The notes: generated by a model not told the origin, from the letters alone. Positions 38,655-52,970 are shown, counted from the stretch's first letter. The stretch: DNA of 64,000 nt from Octopus vulgaris (GCA_951406725.2 OX597818.1:50902001-50966000), one strand, 5' to 3'. Numbers and translations: made by a program.

Positions 38655-39498
38655 GACGGGCTTCGTTCAGTTTCCGTCAACCAAATCCACTCACAAGGCT
38701 TTGGCCGACCCGAGACTATAGTAGAAGACACCTACAGTGGGACTGAACTCGCAACTATGTGGTTGGCGAGCAAGCTACTTACCACTCAGCCACTCCTATA
38801 TGTATATCGATACTATTTCTCTCTCCCTATCTCTATCTATCCATCTATTCATCTATCTCTCCATCTATCAATCTATCTCTATCTCTCTATTTACCAAAAG
38901 GCATTGCTCGGCCCGAGGCTATAGTAGAAGACATTCATCCATGGTGCCGCACAATGGGACTGAACCTGAAACCCCGTGGTCGCAAAGAGAGCTTCTTAAC
39001 CAAAACAGTCATGTCTTCGCCTTCTGTCTCTATAGGTTTTGTTGAATGCTGTATGAGGAAGAAAATCATGTATCTAAGAATTCATATCTAAGAATTCATA
39101 TTTCTGTATTTTTTTTCTTTCTTTAGTTCCTTACAGCGTGTCGGTTAATCAATGGTTGCGATTATCGCATTTCAATGAAGATAGATAAGGATCGCTTTTG
39201 GTTTGTTGCTGTCATCAACTCCTAACGAGTAGTTATTTCCTCGAAACTGTGACCACCCAGCTCCAACCAACCCTTATATGTTTATGAATCTGTACGTGCG
39301 CGCACGCGAGAGTATGGGCGGTTGAATGTATGCATTTAGAGAGATTTCTTGAATTTTTTTATACTTTAACTTGATCTAGTCATTGAAAATTGGCCCCCGG
39401 TCCGGGTCTCTCCACACAAGTCGGCTACATTCACTTCTAAGACATATTTTAATGTTTAGAGTTGATATGTATAATACATATACACTCATTTATGGATG

Positions 39499-39530
<32 letters not shown>

Positions 39531-39537
<7 letters not shown>

Positions 39538-39795
39538 AGTGAATTGAAGAAATGGAGTTGAACGAAGATTGAACAGAAATCGTATGCAATAAAACGATTT
39601 CTGTTCAATCTTCGTTCAACTCCATTTCTTCAATTCACTAATAATATTAAAATTCAATTATCCGCACCAACGCACGGTTGCAACACCATAGGGTTGTACC
39701 TCCAACCGTGCTGTCCTCTGCTGTGATTTTTGCTACCAAGGTATCGGTTAAACTTTTGATTAATCTGCAACAAGATTATTCATCTTTCTATTTCA

Positions 39796-39800
<5 letters not shown>
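39531..39800. repeat. (TA)n-embedded element with a perfect 53-bp inverted duplication (copy 1)
   Basis: 39531-39583 is the reverse complement of 39594-39646. The remainder matches 41238-41448. Confidence 0.88.
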
Positions 39801-39859
<59 letters not shown>

Positions 39860-40646
39860 GTATATATATGTATATATGTATATGTATGTATATATATGTA
39901 TATATGTATATGTATGTATATATATGTATGTATATGTATGTATGTATGTATATGTATGTATATGCATGTGTGTATATGTATGTATATGTATGTGTGTATA
40001 TGTATGTATATATATATATTTATATGTGAAGTTTCTACGAAAGGAAGACATTAGTGATCATAATATTTTTGTTAACTAATAGTATAAATCGTTCAAATTG
40101 CAGATGTCGATTGGGTAACTTTTCCTCTCAAGAGGGACTTGGAAACATCTTGTTTGTGCAAGTGCAGTCAGTCGAAAACTCCAATTTCCGGATGCCAGTA
40201 GATTCTATGCGTCGTCAGGAGAGAATGCGCAACGTTTCAGGACCTCCCTCTCGACAAATTAACAGCGCACGGGAGGTCCCACCAGCTGGTTTATCTGACT
40301 GGTGAATGCTGGATTACTACAAAGAACAATTCTTGTTCTAACTACGTAACAGGATGCATAATCTTTTTCTAGAAAGCATTCTGGGCATTAAACGTGTTTA
40401 TTTCGCTTTATCATTGGTCTTTTTCTTCCAGCCAGACGCATGGGAGAGAGAGAGACCAATTCCGCGGTCAAAGAAACAAATCTTCTAAGAGAAGGGAAAT
40501 GAAATAATAAAATGGAATAGTTGTCTCATAGTTGGATTCAATACTGCTGCATTCGGTTTCATACGGTGGCAACATTGATGTTTAAAGTGGAAAGCATGCT
40601 TCCGTTTGAGCAAAAACAACCTGAAGTTCCTTAACAACATCTAGTT

Positions 40647-40713
<67 letters not shown>

Positions 40714-40744
40714 GCTCGCTCTCTTTCTTTCATTCTTTTCCTCT

Positions 40745-41085
40745 CGATCCTTCCTTCTCCAAATACCAGCTGAAGCACCAACTCACCCAGGTAGGTATAG
40801 ACCTTCACAGGGTGAAAGAGAATCTCAGTACAAAGAAAGTCGTGTGGCGAGATGGCGCCCTCACCGCTGCAAGCAATTTTAAGAAAGTCAGAGCAACTGC
40901 AGTGAATGAGAAGCACCAAAGAAGCGGAAAAGTCAATGTCACAACTTCCGTTTAACCAATGCCTACATATTTACCCCTAGTGCACCAGAGCCTTTTGTTC
41001 AAGGATCGGTTTACATAGCCACTTAAGGGCTTGACAGTCTTCCCCACCACCTTCAGACACGATCATCATCATCATCATCATCATT
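40745..41085 (+). mobile_element. Degenerate 3' fragment of an RTE LINE
   Basis: LKHQLTQVGID...CTRAFCSRIGLHSHLRA*, followed by a short 3' UTR and (ATC)n tail. Confidence 0.65.
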
Positions 41086-41237
41086 ATATAAACACGTACA
41101 TGCATAAATACTAACATATATATATATATATATATATATTGATAAAAATGGTAAGACAACAAAAGAATGAAAGAGACCTCGATATTATGTAGAGAAATTT
41201 ATATATATATGTATATATATATATATATATATATGTG

Positions 41238-41448
41238 TGAATTTAAGAAATGGAGTTGAACGAAGATTGAACAGAAATCGTTTTATTTCATTCTACACGT
41301 GTTTCAATTATCCGCACCAACGCACGGTTGCAACACCATATGGTTGTACCTCCAACCGTGGTGTCTTCTGCTGTGATTTTTGCTACCAAGGTATCGATTA
41401 AACTTTTGATTAATCTGCAACAAGATTATTCATCTTTCTATTTCACAT
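41238..41448. repeat. (TA)n-embedded element (copy 2)
   Basis: Direct repeat of 39538-39800 without the inverted duplication. Confidence 0.85.
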
Positions 41449-41921
<473 letters not shown>

Positions 41922-42149
41922 CTTAGGTCCGGTTGGGTATTAAGACAGGATATTTCCAGAGAAGCGCTCAACTCGAAATCTGGGCTATCAACATTGTCGG
42001 ATTCCAAACTAATACCGAAATTCTTCGAGTGTAAAAAAATCCTGGTTTTACGACGATAAAACCGTTGTGTGACAAAATGCACACCATATATATATATATA
42101 TATATATATATAATGTACATTTTGTCACACTCACACATGTATATGTATG

Positions 42150-42181
<32 letters not shown>

Positions 42182-42850
42182 TGTATGTATGTATGTATGT
42201 ATGTATGTATGTATACATATATGAATTGATTCATTGAAAGAACACAAACAATCTGGAGACATTACTAGCTCATAGTCATTCTGTTTATATATCAGTTGGA
42301 TGTTTACTATTGACATTAAGGCAAAGGTGTTTTTCATCAATGGAGATAGATAATATATCCTTTTATGAGTAGGAATTTCCTACTGAAACATTCAAGATAC
42401 TTACATTTATTATGTCAACATATTCTACACTATGAATGGCTGATGGCTTGACTTTGATATTCGGAATATACATCATTGTCTGGCAGTTCTAGATAACATG
42501 GCCGGTATAGAAATACATTTTCTAATACTCTGAAAGATATCCATCTGAATTTCCTTCTTCCCACACAAAGTTATGAATTATTGCAAATGAGAAAAGCTTG
42601 TAGATGTTTATAAATGATACGCGTATCGTGTGTCTCTAAATCCTTTAATGAAAACATTGTTTATGTTGTGTTTTCTAAATATTCTCATCTGGCGAGTGTA
42701 GATATTTAATAAAAAAAAAAGGTATTCTTGAAAATATACGTAAAAATACAAAGACAGAGAAACATATCAATAATTGTAATCATGTTAATGCAAAAGGAAA
42801 AAAAATGAAGGAAATTGTCAGACATATTAAGGTTGGTGTCACAAAAAGGA

Positions 42851-43056
42851 CTCTCTTACTCTTTTACTCTTTTACTTGTTTCAGTCATTTGACTGCGGCC
42901 ATGCTGGAGCACCGCCTTTAGTCGATCAAATCGACCCCGGGACTTATTCTTTGTAAGCCCAGTACTTATTCTATCTGTCTCTTTTGCCGAACCGCTAAGT
43001 GACGGGGACGTAAACGCACCAGCATTTCGCCCGGCGTGCTAACGTTTCTGCCAGCT
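42851..43056 (-). mobile_element. SINE A 3' part joined to a SINE E 5' fragment
   Basis: Junction ACCAGCAT|TTCGCCCGG, with AGCAT shared by both families. Confidence 0.7.
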
Positions 43057-44149
43057 TATTATCAAGAGACTTAATCTCAGATTGTGTTGAAAGTGAATGA
43101 ACAGCAACATGGCAGAACCCTTGTCATTCTTCTCAATCACACTCTATTATATTGAATAATGACTTTCTTTCTCGAATAATCCAGGAAACCTTTAAGCAAT
43201 AAATCTGCCTCAAATTACATCCAACAGTTTTTTTTCTGAAACAAGTACATTAGCTAATGTAGTCCTAGGTACGCAGTGTCTAATAAGGTCTTGTCTTCTA
43301 TATGGTTATGACTGTGACACATTTAGAACCTGAGACTAAACAGCAATTTATAATTTATAATAATTCCTAACATTGATACACGGAATTGTGTTAAAGGGTA
43401 GAAGAAATATGTTATATTGACCGAAATATTTATCTAATATTTACTTTTTCTCAACCCTGGAAGGATGAAAGGATAGAGAGGCAAGGTTGAGAATTACTTT
43501 CAGAAAATAATAAAATATACAGCATTTCCTGCTTCTTTCAGTTTCCGTCTACCAAATCCACTCACAAGGCTTTGGTCGGCCCGAGGCTATAGTATAAGAC
43601 ACTTGTCCAAGGTGCCACGTAGTAGGACTGAACCTGGAACCATGTGGTTGGTAAGCAAGCTACTTACCACACAGCCATTCCTATCATACAATATCCTTCA
43701 GGGTATTTGATGGATATTTCGGTAGAATCTTGTTGATTTGAGAAGCATCATTTCAGAAATAAATGAGACATGGATAAGTTTAACCAGAGAAATTCTTGTG
43801 TGTTTACCATTAGATCAAGTAGCCAGCAGGAAATGTCGTATACTCCCGATATTTATCACGATATCAAGATTACAGTCGTGACTTTCTCAATCTAATTAAA
43901 CACGAAACAATGAACTGCTATTGTTCTAAGACATTACACGCATATGGTATTATACTTTCTACAACACAAATGATTACGTTAATTATTATGGATATAGTAA
44001 TAATTAACAGCATCAACATCCGCAATATCGTGTGGTTCTTAATGTTGGCTGATATAAATATCAGTTTTTCCTAAGCTAAATATGGCGAGATGGCATTGTT
44101 TGAATTATATCTTATGTAAATGGATAAACGAACGCCTCATTAAACAGTA

Positions 44150-44532
44150 TGGAAGCACTCCGTCGGTTACGACGACAAGGGTTCCCGTTGATCCGATCAA
44201 CGGAACAGCCTGCTCGTGAAATTAACGCGTAAGTGGCTGAGCACTCCACAGACACGTGTACCCTTAACGTAGTTCTCGGGGATATTCAGCGTGACACAGG
44301 GAGTGACAAGGCCGGCCCCTTTGAAATACAGGTACAACAGAAACAGGAAGTAAGAGTGAGAGAAAGTTGTGGTGAAAGAGTACAGCAGGGATCGCCACCA
44401 TCCCCTGCCGGAGCCTCGTGGAGCTTTAGGTGTTTTCGCTCAATAAACACTCACAACGCCCAGTCTGGGAATCGAAACCGCGATCTTACGACCGCGAGTC
44501 CGCTGCCCTAACCACTGGGCCATTGCGCCTCC
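44150..44532 (-). mobile_element. SINE family B with TSD CTCATTAAACA
   Basis: Identity to family B; flanking direct repeat. Confidence 0.9.
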
Positions 44533-44651
44533 GCTCATTAAACATTACCTCATATATGAATGGGTTTTTAAACTTTTGTTCAGTCTTTTACACCAGTTCT
44601 TGTTTTTTTTTTATCGATTTCTTCAACTTTATATTTGCTTTTGCTGGCTTC

Positions 44652-45060
44652 ACTCTTTTACTCTTTTACTTGTTTCAGTCAATTTGACTGCGGCCATGCT
44701 GGAGCACCGCCCTTAGTCGAATCAAATCGACCCCGGGACTTATTCTTTGTAAGCCTAGTACTTATTCTATCGGTCTCTTTTGCAGAACCGCTAAGTTACG
44801 AGGACGTAAACACACCAGCATCGGTTGTCAAGCGATGCTGGGGGACAAACACAGACACACACAAACACACACATACATATATATACATATACATATATAC
44901 GACGGGCTTCTTTCAGTTTCTGTCTGCCAAATCCACTCACAAGGCTTTGGTCGGCCCGAGGCTACAGCAGAAGACACTTGCCCAAGGTGCCATGCAGTGG
45001 GACTGAACCCAGAACCATGTGGTTGGTAAGCAAGCTACTTACCATACAGCCACTCCTGCA
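44652..45060 (-). mobile_element. SINE family A
   Basis: Identity to family A. Confidence 0.88.
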
Positions 45061-45495
45061 TCCTGCTTTGCGCCTACATCATCATCATCATCATCATTAT
45101 CATCATCATCATCATTATCTTTTGTTATCAATGTAGCCAACTGGCAAAATTATTAGCGCATCGGACAAGGTGTATAGCAACATTTCTTCCGGCTTTACGT
45201 TTTTTAGTTAGAATTTCGCAAGGGTCGACTGTGCTTCTCACCCTTTTGGGGTCGATGAAATAAAGTATCAATCAAGTTCTGGTATAGCTCATATATTTCT
45301 TTTAATGATATTTCCTCTATTTAATTTTATTTCGTGAAGCATCCTAATTCTCATCTTTTATTCTTTAGGGACGTTCTCAATTATTCTTCCATTATCATAT
45401 CGTGCTGATGCATTTTGGGGTATCTGTATCCCTCATTACACGACTGCGATCTTAATATTATTGTTATTATTATTATTATTATGATTATGATTATT

Positions 45496-46032
45496 GAGTG
45501 AGAGAGCAGTGCATGCCATCAAAGTGACACTGGGGTAAAATATACGAAGCCCAGTATACCCATCATGACTACCCGTCTGATAAGGGTACACTAGGCACAT
45601 GTATCACAACCATATGTGCGCGACATGGTGATCTCATATCAAGATAAACAGCACATGACCTTGCAGGTGGGGCTCAGCTAGAATTTTCTTCTGGTCGAGT
45701 AACCCATCCCACTCAAAAGGTCCCTGAATAAGGGTTGATTAAGGATGTTGAACGAAACACCCATGTTTCCAGAGGTGAATTATTCAAATCCCAAAGAATT
45801 CCTTTCAAGACATGGCTATGATGCTCTCCCACTACTTCTGCTCGTGATCAGAGATGCACACATCGTCAGCCACTAAGGGACATGCTCAACTGGTTAAGGT
45901 CAAACAACTGACAAGTAAATCTGTGGTATTGAGCAGAATATTTGCTGTAGCCCATCTCTTATACCAAGACAAAACAATGTACATGATAACACTTCCAATC
46001 AGTTAAGATCAGAAGCCACGAGAGCCACTGCC

Positions 46033-46033
<1 letters not shown>
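45496..46033. mobile_element. ~540-bp non-coding element in (TAT)n (copy 2)
   Basis: Collinear with 30180-30730. Confidence 0.8.
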
Positions 46034-46079
<46 letters not shown>

Positions 46080-46475
46080 GCCTTTGCACAGCTTCTAACG
46101 CTGGAGATCTATTACAGTGTCAGCTGTTCACTACCAGTGAACTAAGGCAACACCTCTTATTTTTTTGAGCACCTTCCGGAGTATTCGAGCGGCTCCAAGC
46201 AGTGCTGTTTTCTGCAAGTAATCCACCCTTATTGCAGCCCCTATTTGTTCCACGTACTTCCCGAGGTTTTTGCTCACTGTTCCCAGGGCTCCGACAATTA
46301 TTGGTACTACTGCTACCTTTTTCAGCGACCACAACTGCTTAACCTCCCAAGCTAACCTGTCATATCTCTCGACTTTCCTTTCTTCCTTATCGCATACCTT
46401 GTTGTCAGCTGGGCATGCTATATCTATGATCCAGCATAGTTTGTTTTCTTTCTCAATTACGACTATGTCCGGCTT
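46080..46475 (-). mobile_element. R4/Dong-clade LINE 3' fragment (RLE domain)
   Basis: KPDIVVIEKENKLCWIIDIACPAD..KVERYDRL..VVPIIVGALG..LQKTALLGAARILRKVL. Flanked by (TAA)n. Confidence 0.88.
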
Positions 46476-46494
46476 ATTATTATTATTATCATCA

Positions 46495-46705
46495 TTCAGT
46501 AGTTTGATTTTTATAGCGTGCTTTCACTTCACTACCGAGCGCAGCTCTGTGTGCCTTGGGTATGTGCTGTGATTTGTTGTGATGCTCTGATGGTTATTGT
46601 ATTGAAAGTGTTCTGCGTAGGATGTGTGCAATGCCTAGTAGTGCAATTTTCTGTATGTTACATGTGTTTGTAAGTCTTGGTGTTTTTGTTATGTATTTGT
46701 CTGAA
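46495..46705 (-). mobile_element. Extreme 3' fragment of another R4/Dong-like LINE
   Basis: IQKIALLGIAHILRRTLSIQ* plus 3' UTR, between TAA repeats. Confidence 0.7.
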
Positions 46706-46719
46706 TATTATTATTATTA

Positions 46720-46761
<42 letters not shown>

Positions 46762-46762
46762 G

Positions 46763-46799
<37 letters not shown>

Positions 46800-47188
46800 A
46801 AATACATCAACATTCCCCTTCCTTAAAACAAGAATTAGATATTGGAAAACATTGCACAAAAGCTTTGAAAGGTTACAAAGATATTCAGGGTTAGTAAGAA
46901 TCTTTAGAAGTAAATAAATGCTACGTGAGAATACACTAACAATATTTACAGACCTTCTTATTGCTATTTTCTGGAACGTGCTTCTGTCTATCTTTATAGG
47001 CAATCTGACTATTGTTATGGATGTTGTTGTCTCTTTAGCTTCTGAGTTTAGACAGCTTGAAAGGAGCTATAGTCTTTTGCTTTCGCTTTGCTTTTGTTTG
47101 TTTGTTTGTTTTTAGTTGTTTTTTTATATTGTTAGATATGGACTATTATCAAACATATGTAAAGAAACACACGTAGTTTTACTGATAA

Positions 47189-47582
47189 CTAGTAGTATCG
47201 CCCGGCGTTGCTCGGGTTTGTAAGGGAAATAACTATACAGCATTTTTAGAGAGTTATAGCCAAAAAATAACAAAAACATGCATTAAAAATGGAAAAAATA
47301 TGATGGTAAATTTTTTTTTAAATCGTTGACTCATCGTAGACATTTTTAGAGAGTTACTTCCCTTTAAAAAAATATGCATGAAAATGGAAAAAAATGATGG
47401 TAAATTATTTTTAAAATCGTAGACTCATCGTAGACGCGCGCTAATACCCAGAATGGCTCGATATGAATCACGTCTATAAAATATCCGGTTTTGGTTAAAC
47501 TGCACCGCAAAATGTGGGAGTAGTTAGGAATCTAAATCGAAGGGGACAGACATTCACACAACTACAGTTTTATATATATAGA
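47189..47582 (-). mobile_element. Non-autonomous Helitron
   Basis: Same 3' terminus (CCCGAGCAACGCCGGGCGATAC..CTAG) as 11942-12323; 5' TC; A|T insertion. Confidence 0.8.
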
Positions 47583-48353
47583 TGTACGATATTTTCTTCA
47601 ACCTTAAAACATTTCGAAATTCACTGTCAGTAAACGCTGATATATTATCATCTTAGCAGATCTGGTTATGTAATAATAAATAGCAAAAAGTCAACCCCAT
47701 GTTCATTTTTCTACAGATCAATTGCCTGCAGGTATTTTAATTTAATTAAAATCGAAATGAAATGTGCGAATGCAATATCGTGACATTACACGAATAAACA
47801 CACGTGACGAATAAAGATTTCGTCTATTTATCAAACTTATTCCAAAGAAATAAATTTTTATGCATGTGCAGAATCAATATTGAAATACCATCGCATCATT
47901 CAGTTCTTTTAGATTCTTTCATTAAATATCGATGATGGAGCTGTTTCACTTCCGACCACTTAGTTGGTTTGAAGAATCAAAGGATTCTAGAAGGAGCAGG
48001 ACTGTGGGATGCAGAGTATTTTTTTCGCGATTATGTAAAGGTCAGATACTCTGATGAATTGAGATCGAGAGTTCGAGAGTTCGAGATCCTTTAGAAGAGA
48101 GATTTGTATGACAAATAGGAATATATATTCTTATTTGTAGAAGGTAGTGAGAAGAGTAAAATTTAAATCCGAAATTCGTAAAAATATTTATATATACGAC
48201 GGGCTTCCTTCAGTTTCCGTCTACCAAATCCACTCACAAGGCTTTGGTTGGCCAGCGGCTATAGTAGAAGACACTTGCCTGAGGTGCCACGCAGTGGGAC
48301 TGAACCTGGAACCATGTGATTGGTGAGCAAGCTACCTATCACACAGCCACTTG

Positions 48354-48465
<112 letters not shown>

Positions 48466-48982
48466 AGAAAGAGATGGACGCTTCAATTCTATGCTGCTGC
48501 CGCATTATGTCGTACGCGAATGAGAGGATTTGCATCCCCAACCAAGAATTTTTGATGTAACACATGTCCTTGCGGAAGCTGTTGGCGGCTGAAGAAGGCC
48601 ACAGACATACATTATGCATTGTTATAAATCTGTCTAATAAAGGCCCGAAACATATGTACCGCTGAATCCTTCGCATCATGTTTTTATTTTGATCAATTTA
48701 CTCCACCACCTACACCACCAAACGGTATACACAGGTGCTTATAATTATCAAGTACTCACCCCGAATTTCTATACTCAACTATATATATATATATATATAT
48801 ATAGATATATATATATATGGGTGTGTGTGATTGTGTATAGAAGAATATATTAATAAAAAGAATTCCAACCTTGTCTGATTTTCACGTTTTATTTACAATC
48901 TTATAATGATATATTATAAGATAATATATTATAATTGAATAAAATAAAATGAAATAGTAGAATGTTAAATATTCATTCTGAT

Positions 48983-49027
48983 TGAACTAGTACTTTCATG
49001 CATTGAATTCTGCAATCTTCGGGTTCA
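48983..49027 (-). ncRNA. Minimal hammerhead motif (U4C core)
   Basis: TGAAC-CCGAAGA-T-TGCA-GAATTCAA-TGCA-T-GAAA-GTAC-TA-GTTCA: 5-bp stem I, palindromic stem III AGTACT, CUA triplet. Confidence 0.65.
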
Positions 49028-49518
49028 TGTAGTAGTGTTGACAGTCATGCGATGGGCTTCCTTCCGTTTCCGTCTAGCAAATCCACTCACAAGGCTTTGG
49101 TTGGCCCGAGGCTATAGTAGAAGACAGTTACCCAAGGTGCCACGCAGTGGGACTGAACGTATACGAATACAGTTTTCTCCAGCAGAGTGATTTTTTTTTT
49201 CTTATAATTATAATTCAGTTTCTCTTTGTTTATACAGCAGACTCGTGAGTGTCACCCCCATAAAACCGACGTCATAGGCAGACCGCCCCCTCCCCGACAA
49301 CTATGCTTCTGCCCTCTTTGTAGCACTTTAGAAATTGATGGACTCAACTGAACCTTCTAACAACTACTGTTGTTGGTACGCAAAGGAAGCTGTAAGCAGC
49401 ACATCGAGAGACTAAAATGAGACGCTGTATTAACTGCTTGCAACAAACAGAACTCTACAAGTCATGTAACAATCAGATGCTGGTGTTGAAATATGAACTG
49501 TGTTATGCATACTTGACA

Positions 49519-49929
49519 ATAGGCGCAAGAGTGACTATGTGGTAAGTAGCTTGCTTAACAACCACATGGTTCCGGGTTCAATTCCACTGCGTGGCACCTT
49601 GGGCAAGTGTCTTCTACTATAGCCTCGGGCCGACCAAAACCTTATAAGTGGATTTGGTAGACTGAAGCTGAAAGAAGCCCGTCGAATATATGTATATGTA
49701 TACATATATGAGTGTGTGTGTGTGTTTGTGTGTCTGTGTTTGTCCCCCAACATCGCTTGACAACCGATGCTGGTGTGTTTACGCGGTTCGGCAAAAGAGA
49801 CCGATAGAATAAGTACTAAGCTTACAACGAATAAGTCCTGGGGTCGATTTGCTCGACTAAAGGCGGTGCTCCAGCACGGCCGTAGTCAAATGACTGAAAC
49901 AAGTAAAAGAGTAAAGAGAGTAAAGAGTA
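49519..49929 (+). mobile_element. SINE family A
   Basis: Identity to family A. Confidence 0.88.
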
Positions 49930-50329
49930 ATAAGAAATGGTTGTGAATATAATATTTCACTTAGCTTCGTCTTTAGACGTATTATTGTCTTGCAGGATTT
50001 TGGTCCTCTCAGCACGGTGTTGGTCACTTGCATTTCGGGGTGAGCTAAGCACTTTGACGGGCTTCACCATTGCGACAAGCTCTCCTAAGATATTTATCTG
50101 AAGATAAGCGATTGCAGGCTTTAAAGACTACTAGATTGGTAGAAATATTGATGAAAAATTGGATAGAGATACTAGATAAGAGAAGAAAGGAAAAGAAAAT
50201 GATAGGAAATTAGGGCGGTATTGAGGCAAAAATTGTATGCGTTGTTTAAACCCCACCTCAGCAATAGTAAAGCCGAACTAAGATCAAAGGCTTTCAGGTG
50301 TAGCCATCCTGCTATTTTCCAAGGCTTAT

Positions 50330-50786
50330 GAAAGACAAAGTGGACCTCGGCAGAATTTGAACTCAGAACGTAAAGACAGACGAAATACCTATTTCTTTAC
50401 TACCCACAAGGGGCTAAGCACAGAGAGGACAAACAAGGATAGACAAACAGATTAAGTCGTTTATATCGACCCCAGTGCGTAACTGGTGCTTATTTAATCG
50501 ACCCCGAAAGGATGAAAGGCAAAGTCGACCTCGGCAGAATTTGAACTCAGAACGTAAAGACAGACGAAATACCTATTTCTTTACTACCCACAAGGGGCTA
50601 AACACACAGAGGACAAACAAGGACAGACAAACGGATTAAGTCGTTTATATCGACCCCAGTGCGTAACTGGTGCTTATTTAATCGACCCCGAAAGGATGAA
50701 AGGCAAAGTCGACCTCGGCGGAGTTTGAACTCAGAACGTAGCGGCAGACGAAAATACTGCTAAGCATTCTTCCAGCTCGCCGCCTT
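50330..50786 (-). mobile_element. SINE family E tandem (~2.5 units)
   Basis: Repeated ~184-bp units. Confidence 0.88.
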
Positions 50787-51378
50787 TTTTCTCTCCAAAA
50801 ATATTGGAAACATAAATTTCTACGTTTTGACAGTTAAACCATTTGGGAGAATGACAAACAGTTATTAATTACTGATATATTGAATTTTAACTTGAAAATA
50901 TTTTCTTTTAAATAAAAATTCCTGTTACGTATTATGGAGGCTATATAAATATCTAAGATAGCTTCAATCTGATATAATTTAATGACAAATAGCTATCATC
51001 AAAATTTATTGCTGACTAGGCTAATTGTTGTTTTCACTGCTGTATCTTCAATCCTGTCCTTGACAGAAGGACGATAGATCTCGAACCAGTGTTCACAAGT
51101 TGTTTCTGCTGTTTGATCAACGAGATAATTTACTCAATGTTTTAATGTTTCATGTAGTTGAGTATTCCACAGACACTGATACTGGTAATGTATATCTTGT
51201 CACACGCAACAAATATCATTTGTTGTCACAATATAGCCATGTCGCTTTTAGCGATTGTTCAAGGTAGCAAGTTTCGCTTTGAGGTGTTAGATTGTGTGTG
51301 GTGTAGAGAATTACTGCGAGGGATTCTTGGATTCTTGAGAAATCTTCTATTTTTACTTGTTGAAAAAAGTATTTATAC

Positions 51379-51529
51379 ACAGGTGCAGGAGTGGCTGTGT
51401 GGTAAGTAGCTTGCTTACCAACCACATGGTTCCGGGTTCAGTGTCTTCTGGTATAGCCTCCGGTCGACCAAAGCCTTGTGAGTAGATTTGGTAGACGGAA
51501 ACTGAAAGAAGCCCGTCGTATATATGTAC

Positions 51530-51564
<35 letters not shown>

Positions 51565-52192
51565 CGTATGTGTATATATGTTTGTGTGTATGTTTGTCCC
51601 CCCAACATTGCTTGACAACCGATGCTGGTGTGTTTATGTCCCCGTAACTTAGCGGTTCGGCAAAAGACACCGATAAAATAAGTATTAGGCTTACAAAGAA
51701 CAAGTCCTGGGGTTGATTTGCTCGACTAAAAGGCGGTGCTCCAGCATGGCCATAGTCAAATGACTGAAACATGTAAAAGAGTAAAAGACTAATAGGCGCA
51801 GGAGTGGCTGTGTGGTAAGTAGCTTGCTTACCAGCCACATGGTTCAGGGTTCAGTCCCACTACGTAGCACCTTGGGCAAGTGTCTTCTACTATAGCCTCG
51901 GATCCACCAAAGCCTTGTGAGTGGATTTGGTAGACGGAAACTGAAAGAAGCCTGTCGTATATGTATCTATATGTGTGTGTGTACGTGTGAGCTCGTGTTT
52001 ATCTCCCCACCATCGCTTGACAACCGATGGTGATATGTTTACGTCCTCGTAACTTAACAGTTCGGTAAAAGACACCGATATAATAAGTACTAGGTGTACA
52101 AAGAATAAGTCCTGGGGTTTGATTTGTTCGACTAAAGGCGGTACTTCAGCATGGCCGCAATCAAATAACTGAAACAAATAAAGAATAAGAGG
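51379..52192 (+). mobile_element. Two tandem SINE family A copies (51379-51790, 51792-52192)
   Basis: Each has a GGAGTGGCTGTGTGG...GGGTTCAG head and a ..AAAAGA tail. Confidence 0.88.
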
Positions 52193-52284
52193 AAAAAAGA
52201 ATATATTATATCTATAACTATCTATTTATATATGTGTGTGTGTGTGTGCGTGAGTGCGTGCGTGCGTGTGTGTGTGTGTGTGTG

Positions 52285-52608
52285 TGAAGGTGCGTGGCTT
52301 ATTGGTTAGGGTATCCGACTCACGATCGTAAGGTCGTGGGTTCAGTTCTCGATGATTCGTTGTGTCCTTGAGCAACACACTTTATTTCACGTCGCTCCAG
52401 TCCACTCAGCTGGCAAAAATGAGTTGTACTTGTATTTCAAAGGGTCAGCTTTGCCACGCTCTGTGTCACGCTGAATCTCCCTGAGAACTACGTTAGGGGT
52501 ACACGCGTCTGTGGATTGCTCAGCCACTTGCACGTAAATTTCACGAGCAAGCTGTTCCGTTGATCGTATCAGCTGGGGTCCTCGTCGTCGCAACCAGCGG
52601 AGTGCTCC
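52285..52608 (+). mobile_element. SINE family C
   Basis: Similarity to 20001-20322. Confidence 0.8.
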
Positions 52609-52610
52609 TT

Positions 52611-52689
<79 letters not shown>

Positions 52690-52915
52690 ATATAGGCAAA
52701 TTTATAGACGTCACTAAAATGACAGAGGGTACAAGGTGCTACTATTGGTAGAAATAAAAGCCAAAATGACTCATTAGCTCCAAAAACACTATTTTAGTAA
52801 GTTGACGACAGACAGAGACAGACAGGGAGGATGCTCTTGAAACTGAAACTTTGAGCTTACGGAGACAATATCTACATATCACCTAAGGAAACACAACTAG
52901 ATCTCATATATACAA

Positions 52916-52970
<55 letters not shown>

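Noticed and set aside
41921-42088. Possible Tc1/mariner fragment (DSPDF)
   Set aside because: Only a short motif; no TIR pair or further residues confirmed.
48048-48095. CTGATGA followed by short repeats
   Set aside because: No properly placed GAAA or stems.
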